From contig NC_045696.1 of the NCBI RefSeq assembly GCF_009834535.1, positions 120,714,001-120,778,000 of the forward strand: 64,000 bases of DNA. Direction: 5' to 3'. This DNA comes from Camelus ferus. Taxonomy: Eukaryota. Below, in pieces: positions 26,143 through 38,639 of this stretch. Numbering within the stretch: the first letter of the stretch is position 1; each line of letters begins with the position of its first letter. The notes under the pieces were generated by a model that made no database searches, was not told the origin of the DNA, and saw only the letters and a list, made by a program, of their open reading frames with translations. Both the position numbers and the translations under genes were made by a program.

Positions 26143-27008
26143 TCAGGTGGAGATCTGCGTTAAGGTTATTCAATTTCGGGAAACTTCTTTTAAGAAAAAG
26201 AATACAAAATTGTAAATATTAAATTAGATTCAAAGTGAGGACACAGGATGGAATAAGAAATCAGAGCAAATTACAAATTAGAGTGAAAGTACAACAAACA
26301 TCACAAAATCCAAAAAAAAGCAAGCACTTCTGCTAAATCACTGACGTATCCTATAATGTTTTGATCCTACATTTTTGGGCTACAGAGTCATTAATCACAA
26401 CCATTTCATGTGAAAATTATTTTCTAGTATTTTCTAAAGAGATCATCGAACAATAATTCAGGTACGACTAGCATAGTTAATTTATATTTGTTTTTTATTA
26501 AGAGTCTAGAAAAGTTCCATAGGCTAGCTTCTGGCTCTCTTTCTCCCTCACCACCCACGTACTTCAGGTGCGGGGCCCCACAGGACACAGTCATGTAAAG
26601 AGGAATCGGGTCTTGTGATTTAGTGCAGCAGGTAGTAGGACTATTCCTACACGTCCTTTCTCTGCCAGGACAGCTGGCGATAACTTAACCCTACACAGAC
26701 ATGACTACAAGCCACATTTATACATCACTAAATCCAAATGAAAGCTAAACGTACCCCATCTCAACTTCCTTTAAGCCAGATCCAAAGTGTTGCCCTTGGC
26801 TGCTCCAGTGCTACCCGACAGAAGTGTGAAGGAGGGCAAGTCAGCAAAAGCATTGCTCTAAAATCAAGTGCAGTTAAAACATCTTTTGCTAATTTTACCA
26901 AACCATGAGACGATTGCTCGGGTCTCTTGTAGGACCTTTTAAGGGGCATCTGCAAGTGAGGGGCCCTGAAATTTCTTTTTCCTTGGTTTCCAAGAAAATC
27001 CAGCTCTA
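26143..27008. mobile_element. Fossil hAT DNA transposon with MER53-like termini (family uncertain)
   Basis: Left end ttaagaaaaagaatacaaaattgtaaatattaaattag; right end gcaagtgaggggccctgaa...aaatccagctct; about 700 bp between them. Confidence 0.45.
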
Positions 27009-28259
27009 GAAGAATGGTATTAAAAACAAAAAAGGTGTTGTGCCACCATACGTGATGGTCCATGCCATAGGGCGTCTTCCAAAGTAATGAATGAGGTCCT
27101 CCGTGAGCAGTGTGAATTCCCAAACCTATTGAATGAAGTAGAGGATGTTCTTTCAGTGTATTTTGTTCTATAGTAAATAGCACCGTGGAGATGGAGATGT
27201 TCTGGTACTGCTAAAACTCAAAGCTCCCCCCGCCACCTACCATTTATATTTGCGAAGACTTATTATTTGTAACAGGATTATTTGCAAATACAATAGATCT
27301 CAAAACTCTTATAGTGGGCTAATTAATATTAAATACACCATTTACTACCCTTCCAAGCAGGCCAGTTAACACGTAGAGAAAGAGCATGTTATTGCTGTTA
27401 AAGACTACACAGTAGCAGAATTATAGCAGCACTAAAGAAAGTCTTTAAGAATTCATTAAGATGTAATCAAGCTTCAGCAAACTCATCTGTTATTTGCAAT
27501 TATAACATAGTTACTATAACTTGTCTCTCGATAAAACCACCTTTCTGTTGGATTTCTCACTGGTAACGTATTCGAACATCCAACTTTCTCGTGTATATTT
27601 TCCTTTTAGTGGAAACTCATGACTCATCTACTCCTCCTTCCTTTGTTGTATGAGGAACCGTCCTTAAGTGTAGGCAGTCCTTATACCTGTGCCCTGTACC
27701 ATTGTTCCTATTATATTGTTTACCACCAGACAAGACTATGGCCTCTAAGTACACCTGAATTTTCTTTGTTGGTGTTTTTAAGGGATGAAACTATTTCCCT
27801 GAGGAATACGGTGTTTCAAGAGAATGGCATTTTCTGTTTATGAAGCTTTCCCCACTTCTTCCACCTAACCGGTGCTGCTCTGACACCTGGTCAAAGAAGC
27901 ATGGTTCCAAAGTCCTGACCTGAAATAAGAAAACAAAGACCAACTTCATAGCTGGCAATGCTGCCACTGCCCCTGTCCCGCTGACCAGGGCTGGGCTGAT
28001 GGGATGCTCAGGGTTACTTAAGAGGGGAGAAGCAGGATCTCTTTATGGGCTCAATGCCTTTTCTCTTGCTCGGTCTTTTAAAATAACTGGTTTTAAGCCA
28101 ACAGGTATCTACTCAAAGAAGTTCAAAGCCCTAAATGATTAAAGAATGCTAGAGGAGGTTTAAAATTTTGATACACACTCTCAATCTGTTCTTCAGGATT
28201 GAGGACAATGAGCACAACCAAAATATTTCTACATGGAAGTTTTGTCTCTTGGAAATCAG

Positions 28260-28410
28260 TACTCAAACTTTAACACCTGAAGGACTAAACTACAGAACGC
28301 AGGGCCCTACTCCCGGACTTGTTATTCAGTAGGTCTGAGGTGGAGCCCCCCAGTTTGCATTTCTAAAAAATGTTCCATGGTGGGGACCATAGTTTGAGAA
28401 CCACTACTGT
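28260..28410. mobile_element. MER5A (hAT-Charlie)
   Basis: attcagtaggtctgaggtggagccc...ggggaccatagtttgagaaccact. Confidence 0.7.
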
Positions 28411-29449
28411 AGATCATTTGATGGAGCATATTTTTAAAATCAAAGTGGACAGGGGTTGCCATACCTTCTTAAGAATAGCACATGTGCCATTTAGAAGATG
28501 GAGAGTCATTGCTGAAGCCAGGGGGACAGTGATGATGACTTACAACTTCACGGGTACCTAAGGGTCACTTTCAACCACAGTTGCCCCAGGCCTGGAGGCA
28601 TTACATAATGCTTAGTAACCAAGAAGTCGTTCAACTATAAGAGGTCTTCGCTATAAGAATATACTCTAAAATATGTTATCTCTTTAATTCCTTCTTCTGT
28701 AGCTGTTTACTGATTAAACTGATGTAGTAACTGACAATTTTAATTACTGATTTAAATTATGGAATATAAAAAAGGTGGAATAGTTATGCCCTCCATCCTA
28801 TTTAAAGCCATTATGAGGTCTTAACATTAAAAATAAATCTCTCAGTTTTTCCCTGGCCCCTGCTCTGGTAAATATATAAATATAATTATAAAGACTCTGA
28901 ATAAAGAAAATTTCTACCACTTGGTAAGAGGAAATCAGGGTATTCCTAATACTGTTTAGTGGCTCTTAGAATCTTAGAACATGTGTTTAACATGTGTTGT
29001 TGATTTTTCAATAAAGCATGTTAATGAACATGCCTCAATTACTTACCGAACAATCTCTCTAAAATGCCTGTCTGTGATTATCTACTTATAACACTCCCAT
29101 TTTCACAGTAACTTTCAACTCTGAGGTGATAAATCCAAGAGATTCTATAACGTCTTCAGCTTGGAGCATGATTTCCCCAGTGATGGAGTCCCAGGCCTAA
29201 ATAAGAACCAATGAATAGAGGTAGACAAGGCCCAGGGATGTTCTAAAACCAAGTCCTTATGAATTAATACACTCTTGAATGTCATCAAACGAGCTGAGGG
29301 GCAGATGTTCTAGGCTCGGGAATTAACGGCTATCAAGGTTTCAGGGTGCCCCACTGAGTTGAAAGATGCAGGAATTTAACAAAACAAAATGATAAACTAT
29401 AAGAGGTGGTTCAGTAAGGAGGGCAGCAGCCCCACGTTCTCTAAGCGTC

Positions 29450-29680
29450 ACTGTGGAAGCATCACAGGAGCTTAAGCCAAGATGGGAATCTGACTCCCAG
29501 CTTTGATGCCAAACAGTGAGTCACTCTTGTGCGAGGAGCTCCGTGGGTCTCAGCCTGGTCAGCTATAAAAGCAATTACCAAGATCTAGTCTGCTTACCTC
29601 ACAGGGTTGTTAGGAGTAAATTTAATTATGTACACTGGAAGTATTATGTCAACTGCAAAACCTGAAACAAATGTGTAGTT
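29450..29680 (+). mobile_element. MIR SINE
   Basis: tacctcacagggttgttaggagtaaat 3' motif. Confidence 0.5.
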
Positions 29681-30699
29681 TTGGTGGCTGTTTACTGAAA
29701 ATTGACTCTCATTTCCCTAAAAGTAATTTAAATTTGCTAATCAAATGTGCAATGTTGGCATCTTTACCTTTGTAAGCACTTTTCTAGGGTTAAAATGAGC
29801 AATTTAATCATTTAAACTACAGAAGAATACAAGTAGATTTTTAATGTCATAGCATTTTAACTGCTTTCAGTCAGAAAATAGAATCAAGCTGATTTGCAAA
29901 CCTCATAATAATAAAGATCTTTGTCAAGTGTCTTGAAAAATGACTGTCATACTTTAGGAAGGTGTAAACTTAATTTAATTCTAGCAATTTCATACTAGAA
30001 GCTATCACTAAATAGTCATTAGTTGAAGAATTTTGCAAGAAAAGTCTGGTATTAGGGCATACAACTATATAAGAAAATTAAAAAATTTAAATCTAATGAG
30101 TTTCCATGTATAATGGACAGTTACATAATTTAAAAATACTCCTAATTTGAAATGAGAAAAACCCGTCAGAGGAGCTTCTGCAATCAATAGCCAATTTTTT
30201 AGTTTATGTGCTAGTATGGAAATCACTTAAACAGTAACACTCTCTTGTTTAGCGCTTTTGACTTACATCTTACTCTGTAACTTCCCATTGATTAACATTG
30301 CCTTTGGCAGTTTAAGTAGTTTAACATTTTAACACTTGAATATGTCATATAATATTGAATTCTTTTAACTTGTGTAGGAGCAGCCTAAGCATCAGCCAAC
30401 TAATATTTAACCAATTTATCTAAAGTAAACTATTTTTTCTCATTTAAGATTTTGTCAATTAGGTGGCTTCCAGCTGACAAGTAACAGAAAATAAGTGTTA
30501 TCTCATAGTAAAGGAAGTCCTGTGGTAGGCCGGGCCCCCCGGGTTGGTGGATTTGTTATCCTAATTTTGTATTAAAGGACTTGGCTTCCTCTTGTCACTC
30601 TTTTGCCCTCCTTGGGGTTTGCTTTTCCACGAGGAGGAGGGGTAATGTCTGCGGTACTCCAGGTACTCCGCAGCATTCAGAGCTATGGGGGGAAAGGAA

Positions 30700-30852
30700 G
30701 GTTTGTTAAATCACACATTGCTGAGTCCAACCCCCAGAACTTCTGACTCAGTAGGTCCGGGTGGGATCTGACAATGCACACCCCTTCTAAGTTCCCAAGG
30801 GTGCTGAGGCTGCTGGTGGTGGGGGCCACACTATGCGACACACTAGCTTAGA
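30700..30852. mobile_element. MER5A (hAT-Charlie)
   Basis: ccccagaacttctgactcagtaggtccgggtggg...aagttcccaagggtgctgaggctgctggt. Confidence 0.7.
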
Positions 30853-33800
30853 CTAATGGTCCTGGAGCTGGTGCCTGAGGGTCACTGTAACATTGATTAC
30901 AAGATGCACCTTATCATTTGGAATGTAACAGAGGTCCCTGTACTCCCCTCACAGGGCCTGATGCCATTTCTAGTTTGTCAGCTCCCTGTTAAACACTCTA
31001 GGGTGGGACACCACCCACTTAGAACACCAGGAGTTGAAGTAGCAATTTCTTAGAAAATAGTTTTGCATTCAATGGTTTGAACTGTGGGCTCGTTGGGCCA
31101 GTTCAAGCCCCAAGTTTGCACTTCAGCTTATTTGCTCCTGGCCTGCAGAAAGCTCTTCCTTTCCAGAATCCCTGTTTTGCTAATCCTCCCAAATATAGGA
31201 CATTTGGCAATATTAAATTATTTGAAGCATCTTTTGAAATAGGCTACATAAACATTGCCTTTTATAACCTAGAAAGGCAATATAAAGTTGTCTGGGGGTA
31301 TACCATAAATGCTGCTAATCTAATTTCCCACCTGATATTCTTTTGCAGTGATGAATTTCCTAACCTAAAGTTTTAACAATTTGCTCGTGTTGCGAAAGCT
31401 CCTTCCTCCAATTTGCAGTTCCCCTTTTATATCATCTATCTTGAGAACGATCTCTTTGGTGTGGGTTCCCTATTTTGTGCAGGGTGCGCAGTGGGAGTAG
31501 GGTCTTTTTGCTTGATTGTTCAGGGCTAACCTTCAGGATCTTCACAGAGCTTTGGCAATCTCTGTGCTGTGGATTTCCCTCTATAATTTATTATCATAGT
31601 GGCATTTTGGTGCCTTTTTTCTCATTCGGTCTCACAAAAGGAAGCACGGCAGAGAGAGGTGATTTCTGCAGGGGTCCTGGAAGGACCTGGGACAAGTTCA
31701 GGCAAAGATGCAAGCTCTGCAAAAAAATATTTGACTTCTAGAAAATGGTTGGGTAGAAAACTTTTAAGTGCACAATGTACCATTTTGGAGGTCTGAGGAA
31801 ATGCCGCCTTTCCCAAAGCTGTCTCAGACCCTGGTGTGCAGCGGAATAAAGAGAAACTGAAAATGTCCCTGATGTGAAACTGAGAAAGCATTTAAACAGA
31901 GGGAGGAGGCTAGGCTATTACTGCAAACACAGCAGGGGGCCAGCAGACCTAATATGGAATCTGTCCAATAAGTTCAACTATTTATGACAACCAACCCATC
32001 AGTAAGGCTTTCAAAGTTAGTAGGAGATACTGGCCAGGAGCAATTTAACTTACTTTCCTATTCTAAGGCCTGGTGCTTACACCTAGTCTCCTAATTGTCT
32101 TATCCAAGAATTAAGAGTAGAAGCCGTGGTCCCTAAGGAAATAACTGAAGACTGTGTTGGAAATTACAGTGCTCTTGGTTTTGTCAGGCATGGATACGCA
32201 TTCCGTAAAAATCCAAAGCACAAACTCAGCTGAAATTTCCTACTTGTGTGAAAGCAACCACCTCAACATTGTTATCTTTTAATTTCAAATGGTTATCTGG
32301 GTTCAGAATCCAAGAGTGAAATTTCATCTGCTGTTGGCAGTGCTCAATATTGAACACTTCTTGCAATGATCAGTACTTCTATTCAACTCAAGGTGTCCTA
32401 GCTAGCCCTTCTGGTATTTGCAGATGTGAGTTCATTTCAACTTTGAAAATCCCTTAACTTTCCTTTGCTTTACAGGAAAGTAGAAGCTCAAGTTTTAGTT
32501 TGATCATAGGAAGCAAGTATCAAAGTCAAAGTTGGGATTATGTTTACTCATTTAGCAAAAAATATTTATTTATGATGGCTAGTTTCCAGATTATCCATTT
32601 ATGCAATAGATCTTTTTTATATATTTACTACAGATAAAATATTTTGGGAACAGAAATGCATTTTGCCAGTTTGGAAGCTGGACAGAATATCTTTTTAAAG
32701 GGTGCATTTTTATTTCAACTAATCTTGGGGTGTATGTAATATGGAATAGTCTACGTCTGTTTTCCACGGAAATAATAAAGTCCAGAGTCGGCTCTTGAAA
32801 GTGAGACTCACACTCACTTTGCTCCTCCTCCCACCCTTTCTCACCCTCACTTACCGGCACCGCACCTACTCTTGTCTCCAGCCCAGAAGGTAGGCAGCAC
32901 TGCATACCAAGGATTCCAGGTATCACCACATGCTCAGAACCCATCGATGGGGAAATTGAGTCATACTTGAAATAAACTTCTTTAAACATAAAAATTAAGA
33001 GTATACTTTAAATTTCTTAGTTTCTTTTGCTCATTTTTGAGCCCATTTGCTTTTTATTTTTGTTTCCAGTTTTTACTCTTTCAGTACAGCTAAGACACAG
33101 AACTGATTAGATTTACAGCAATTCTGACAGATGGTTGTTATGACACTCATTTCATATGACACTTCTTGCAATGACTCGGTATTTCCCCAAACTTGACCCT
33201 TAGAATGTCCTTTATCTCATAAAAAGAAAATGCTTCTGTTGTTCTGCTGAAGTAGGTAAACTTGTAAAAATATAGTGTTGTAGCTTTATATGCTTTTAAA
33301 ATATTCAACTTAAAAATGACAACTCTTTTTTCTTGCAGCTAGGTAAAAAGTCCTTAATAATTAAACTTTGGTACTTAAAACAGTGTTACAACAGTCTTTA
33401 AAATAAGACATTAAGGAAAGATTTTTAAATAACCTTTTCCAAATTAATTTTAAATCCTAAAGGCCACATATTTCTTTATCATCCAGGTTTCTAAAAATGC
33501 CAGCTATCAAATTTGATATTAAGAACAGGATGCCTCACTTCCTTTGTGTAATAAGGCACAGTATAAATAAAATTGGAACATCATGTCTGTCCTTCCTCAA
33601 TTTTCCCTATTTGTAATACTTCCCCCAAGCAGAGATGCCTGACAAATTTCCCCTCTGTTGTTCATGAGTGACTACTTTTTCCATGAGATATATTTAATTT
33701 TGCAGGTTAAATATTCAGAGCAAAATGACAGGAAAGATTTTTAGAGCACTGATTACTAAAGAAGAATTAAAATGAAACAAATGTAATACATTTTGTTGTC

Positions 33801-35289
33801 ATCAGTCTCATTCTAGCTAGTAACAGTCCACGCTTTTGCTCGTTTCTCTGTATGACAATCTTAAACTTTTGCAATGCTTATAATTCACAACCTGTCTTCA
33901 TTTTTATCAGATCCTCACAACAGTCTTTTGAGGGAAAAAATGGTAGTTATTATTCCTGTATCTATATACAGAACCCCATGAATGTATGTATGTGAACGTG
34001 TATACACACGTAGATGCGTATGTTTGCGTATGTATGTAATGCAGTCTACCTGTATTTCATTCTCCTTCCCCTGAGATGAGGAGATGGAGATTGCTACACA
34101 AAAGTCTCATGGGAGGTTAGCTGGTCAGAAGAGGAGACGCTGGGAGAAGGAAGATTTCTGAAGCTTGTGGCCCAAGCATTGCCCACTGATTTAGCTTGCA
34201 TATTGTTAATAAATGCTATCTTTCATATTTGTAGGAAGTCAAAGTTCGTGCTACAGGTATTGGCTAGCTTGGTGGAAAAGGTGTGTAGGGATAGAATAGA
34301 GGATCACTCTGCAGAGAGATGTTATGAGGCTTACAGATCAGCTAGGTGGCTGAAATAGCTCTCCTTTAAGGCTTTTTGCTGCTCCCAAACCTTGGAATTT
34401 GTGAGATGACTGACAGTGCATTAAGGATGAGTATGTAACAATTCTTCTGGTCAATGCTGGTGTTATCCAGTTTCTTCTTTGGCTTGGCAATAGGAATAAT
34501 GGCTTTATTATTTAGGCAGCCAAAGAGTATAACTCCAGGATAAGTTCCTGCAGATATAACCCACATGGTGGGGGGGGGGGTAGTTAATTAGGGATTCAGT
34601 GTTAATGCAGGAATATTGCAGTGCACAACAGGAAATTTTGAAATGCTGCCTCAGATAAAATGTTGGAGGTAATTAAAACAATCCAATAGAAAATTACCCT
34701 CCATTTTGTAAAATCATATGTTAATAATGTCTACATCTGTACGATTCCTAATTTAGATGCTTTCTTATGTTTTTAATATGATGCTGTGGTGTCAAGGTCT
34801 GGTAAGTATAGTAACAAATAATCATTACAAATTGATTATAACATTGAGCAAGAGACAACAGTACATTCACTGCTGTACCAATGACAGGCTTACATATAAC
34901 ACCGCTAGACAAAGTCATTAAGCATGCAGCAAGCCAAAGGTGGGTCATAGACATTAACTCTGAGACTAGAAATCTGTCTTCTCCTGATTTTTAGGGTTTC
35001 TTTTTTGAAGTTTAAAAGTGACCTCAATGTTTCTTAAAAGTAAATCTATAAAGCTGCCAGAAATTTTTGATCCTAAACTAGTTCCACTTGGGACCAAACA
35101 CAGGAGAACAGGTAACCGGTCCATTTGTTTATTTGGACGTTGGACACGTGGTCAGAAAGCATACTGGGATACGTTAAAGGACCCGAGATAAGGGGCAAAA
35201 TGTTCAACTGTGTGTAACTGTCGATGGAAAAAAATACCTCTAGCCTTTAAGGAAGGGCCTTTCTCTCATGGTCGCCAGGCTTTTTTGGA

Positions 35290-36720
35290 GGATGCGCTCA
35301 TCTCAGCAGGTGTGGGCCTGCCCTCTAGCGGATCTGGGTGTGACGGGACTTAAGGTCACTGCACGTCTGGCTTGACAGGTCTTAGGAAAGTCAAGCCGTC
35401 CGTCAAAAACGACTCATTGTGGGTCTGGATTAGGCGCTGAGCGCGTGAAACGTTCAAGTGGACAGGATGGAGCCCGCGGCTGCAGGGAACGCGGGGCTCT
35501 TCGGCTCCCCTCTCGGGACGCGAGGCTTCTGGCTGTCCAGGCTCTCGCGTCCCACACACTCGAGGCCGGGGTCTCGGAGGCGGCTCTTTGCCCGCTTCAC
35601 TCTGGCACAGAGCTCACACCCTCGTCGGGCCAGAACTTCGGGAGGTCGCCCGGCGAGGACGCGGCCCAGCCGTGGGCGCGGGGCCGCCGTGACGGGTCTG
35701 CCGGGCGGCCGCGGGGCCCTCGCCGTCGCCTGCCCGGATTGTGACGGCCGCCGGCGGGAGGGGCTCCCTGCCGCTCGGTCGCTCAAGCACCCTCCAGAGA
35801 ACGCGCGGCCGGCGCGAGGGGGCGGGCAGCTCTCCGACCCTCGCGCCGGGCGGGTGCGTAGAAACGGGGTGCGCGTCTCGGGGGTCGACGGGAAGCCGCC
35901 GCAGGGCGGGCCGCGGACCCCGCGCCCCTCAGCCTGGGGCCCCCCAAGCCGGCGGACAGGAGGGCGGGTGGCTGCATCCCCATTCACTTCCGCCGTCCCC
36001 GCCCGAGCGTGCGAGTGCGCGTGCGCGCGCGTCCCCTGGCGGCGGAAGTGGTGGCGACAAAGCTTGGTCCGCGGCGGGCCCGGGAGTGCGGGGCGGGCCC
36101 GGGGGTGCGCGGAGCGCCGGGCGGCGGGCGGCAGGGAGGGCGGAGCGCAGGAGGCGGAGGCGGAGCCGACCAGCGCAGCCGCGCCGAGCCGCCGGGTCGC
36201 CCGAGACCGGTGCCCTCACCTCTTCCCCTTCCCCGCCCCGCCCGCCCTGCCTCGGGTCGCCGCCCTCACGCCGGGAGAGGCTCCCGTCCGGCGCCGCCTC
36301 GGCTAGCCACTCCTCTTCGCCCGGCCGCGCGGGCGCTCCCGCGGGCCCGCGGGTGAGTCCCCCGCAGCCTGCGGAAGGGGTCTGGGGCTTTGAGGGGGGT
36401 GCCCGGAATACTTCCCGGTCCCCGTTTCCAGAAACTTCCAGGTCCTGAGGGAGGGGTGTCCGGGGTACCGGGCGGGGGGCGTCCGGGGCGCGGCCCCGCG
36501 GGCGGGTGCGGGTCCGGGCTCCCGAGGGGCGGCGGGCTGGTTCCCTGGCGCTCCCGTCAGCGCCGCTTCTCCCGGTTTCTCTTGCAGATGCTGCTGCTAG
36601 GGGTGGTGGGAGCAGCCGTGGGCCGCGCGGCCGGGAGCGGGGGTGACAGCCTGGGATTCCGGGGCTTCTCCTCTTGTCCTCCTCATCTCCTCCCTCTACC
36701 CAGTGTGGCCGCGGCTGACA
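35290..36720 (+). promoter_or_regulatory. ATP2C1: CpG island, main ATP2C1 promoter (TATA-less)
   Basis: Very high GC and CpG density; many GGGCGG boxes; ETS sites CACTTCCG 35985-35992 and CGGAAGTG 36043-36050; NRF1-like TGCGCGTGCGCG 36016-36027. Confidence 0.92.
36050..36352 (+). other. ATP2C1: ATP2C1 non-coding first exon (5' end approximate)
   Basis: Consensus donor GCGG|GTGAGT at 36352/36353 inside the island; no ATG in the exon. Confidence 0.7.
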
Positions 36721-36771
36721 CTAAAGACTTTGTAGCCATCAACCCAAGTGCAGTTTCGATGGAAGATGAAG
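36588..36771 (+). other. ATP2C1: ATP2C1 exon carrying 5'UTR and the canonical start codon (184 nt)
   Basis: Acceptor ttctcccggtttctcttgcAG|; donor AAG|GTAAAG; sequence (ctgctgctaggggtggtgggagcagcc...gacactaaagactttgtagccatcaacc...cagtttcgatgga) recognised as the ATP2C1 5'UTR. Confidence 0.85.
36766..36771 (+). CDS. ATP2C1: ATP2C1 canonical first codons Met-Lys (SPCA1 begins MK|VARFQKIP); CDS continues beyond the window
   Basis: aagATGAAG|gt, phase 0, the same phase as the distal exon, so both can splice to one downstream exon. Confidence 0.85.
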
Positions 36772-38639
36772 GTAAAGGCCCCTGGCACACGGGTTGCAAC
36801 GCGGAGTTGAGGGTGTGGTGGTTGGCTTTCAAGTTGTTTCTTTCTTTTTCCACCTTTTTATTTCTCCGGTTTTATTTTTCCCTTTGATTGTGAAGCGCCC
36901 AGGGAATTACTGTCTCGGGGTATCTAGCTTGTATTTTGGAAACATCGGGCATTTGGAAAATGAAGGTTCCGTGGGGTGGCTGAGCGTGATTCTGCTTTCT
37001 TGAGGAGCCTGCTTTCTTGAGCTTAGGGAATGAAAGGAAGTTTTCATTTCAGATAGCATCTCTGCTTGTATCGGTAGCTTTGTGAAAGGAATTACTGGAG
37101 GGGAGTGGGAAGGGGAGGGAGGTTCTGCACTGCATCCCTGTCTATTTGCATATCAAGCCTTGATACCGGTTGACTGGATTCGTTTATAAGAAAGAAGGCG
37201 ATTAAAAAAATTAAATGCAGTTACTCTGGGGAAAAAAACCTCATTCTGTTTTCAGTTCACAAATACAACCCTGATTTTAACGAAACGTTCTGAGATGATT
37301 TCCTTCATTAAAGTTCCTCCTCATTTCAAAACATCCTTTTGGAGGTTGACAGTGGAACCTGTTTGTCCACCGGACACGGCAGATGTACTGGATTATCATT
37401 CACATGTTACTTGATTCCTTTGGCGTCATTAAAATATTTAATGCTTTTTCGTACACGGCACTGATTATTCTTTAAAAGCGTTCAGCAGCTCTGAATAAAT
37501 GATTTTTTTCTTCCCCTCCTGAAACAACCACAGTTATTCTTTGGACTGATTTCTTATTTGTGTGTGATAGTCTTTTTAAAATTTATGTTTTTAGTGGGGC
37601 TGCAAAATGCTGTAAAGGATACTTATAAATTACAATTTGTTCTCTTGTATCTTTGGTTTTTAAAATCTGTATCTAGTACAAAGGAGCTGCAGCTGGGCTT
37701 TGGGCTTGCTGGTTGCTTTCTAATTTGTTTTTCCGTTGTTGAAATGTAAGCTTGCTTGTCCTAAGTAGGACTAGTAATTTTAAAATGGACGTTTCTTGTA
37801 TGCTGTAATCTCATTCTGCTATCTGAGACCCCTGGGGTATGTGGGAAATATATCATGAGAGACATGATTATCTGGCTCAGTTTTACTCTGGGTTGGTAAT
37901 TGGTGGAAGACATTTTCTGAAATACTGAAGTGTGTAGATGCAGAGGAGTTACACTGTCTAATTGGAGCTTTAGAAATAGCATTGGAAAGCAGTAATATTT
38001 TTGTCTGGTGGTATGGAAAATCTCTTCTGAGATTTTTTCCTTTCTCTTTTAGTTGATAGACTTAAGAAATGCAAATCCTTTCTACACAAGAGACACAGCA
38101 TATTAAATGCATTTGTCTACTTATTTCTTGGTAGTTGTATCTTCAGTAACACCTAACGTTTGAGCATCTGCTTTCAGAATGTTACTAGGTTCAAGAGTGT
38201 AGCCTAAAGTCCGTGGATTATTAGACGTTGCTTTTTGTTTCTTGATCTCTTAGGAAAAGGAGCATGACTAATAAAGCTGACTCTCATTGTCTGCTGAGGA
38301 GGGAGGGAGTGGTTGTGAGGTGGGAGCATGGTGCGTGCTGTGTCTGAGATCTGCGCTTTATGGCCAGGTAATGATTTGGCCTTGTAGTAAAAAATAATAT
38401 AGTTTTTAAAAACTTGTGGAGATTTTCTGCCTCATAATAATGAGTAGTCATTTTTGTCAATTTCTCATTACCATGACACTTTTTCATTTCTTAAATGTTT
38501 TTAAGGAGGACATATATATAGCCCAGAAATTTTCAAAACCAATTGGTCATTTTGAGATAGGTGGCTTATTGTTGCTTTCCGTTATATAGTTAATATTCTC
38601 TTTTACATAATGTATTAGCATCTTAGGGATGTGAAGCAA

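Noticed and set aside
35356-36887. Long ORFs (up to 282 aa) on both strands in the CpG island
   Set aside because: GC-rich, stop-poor sequence giving low-complexity R/G/P/A peptides with no recognisable domain. Only the in-exon part of the 36390-36887 frame is kept, as a uORF.
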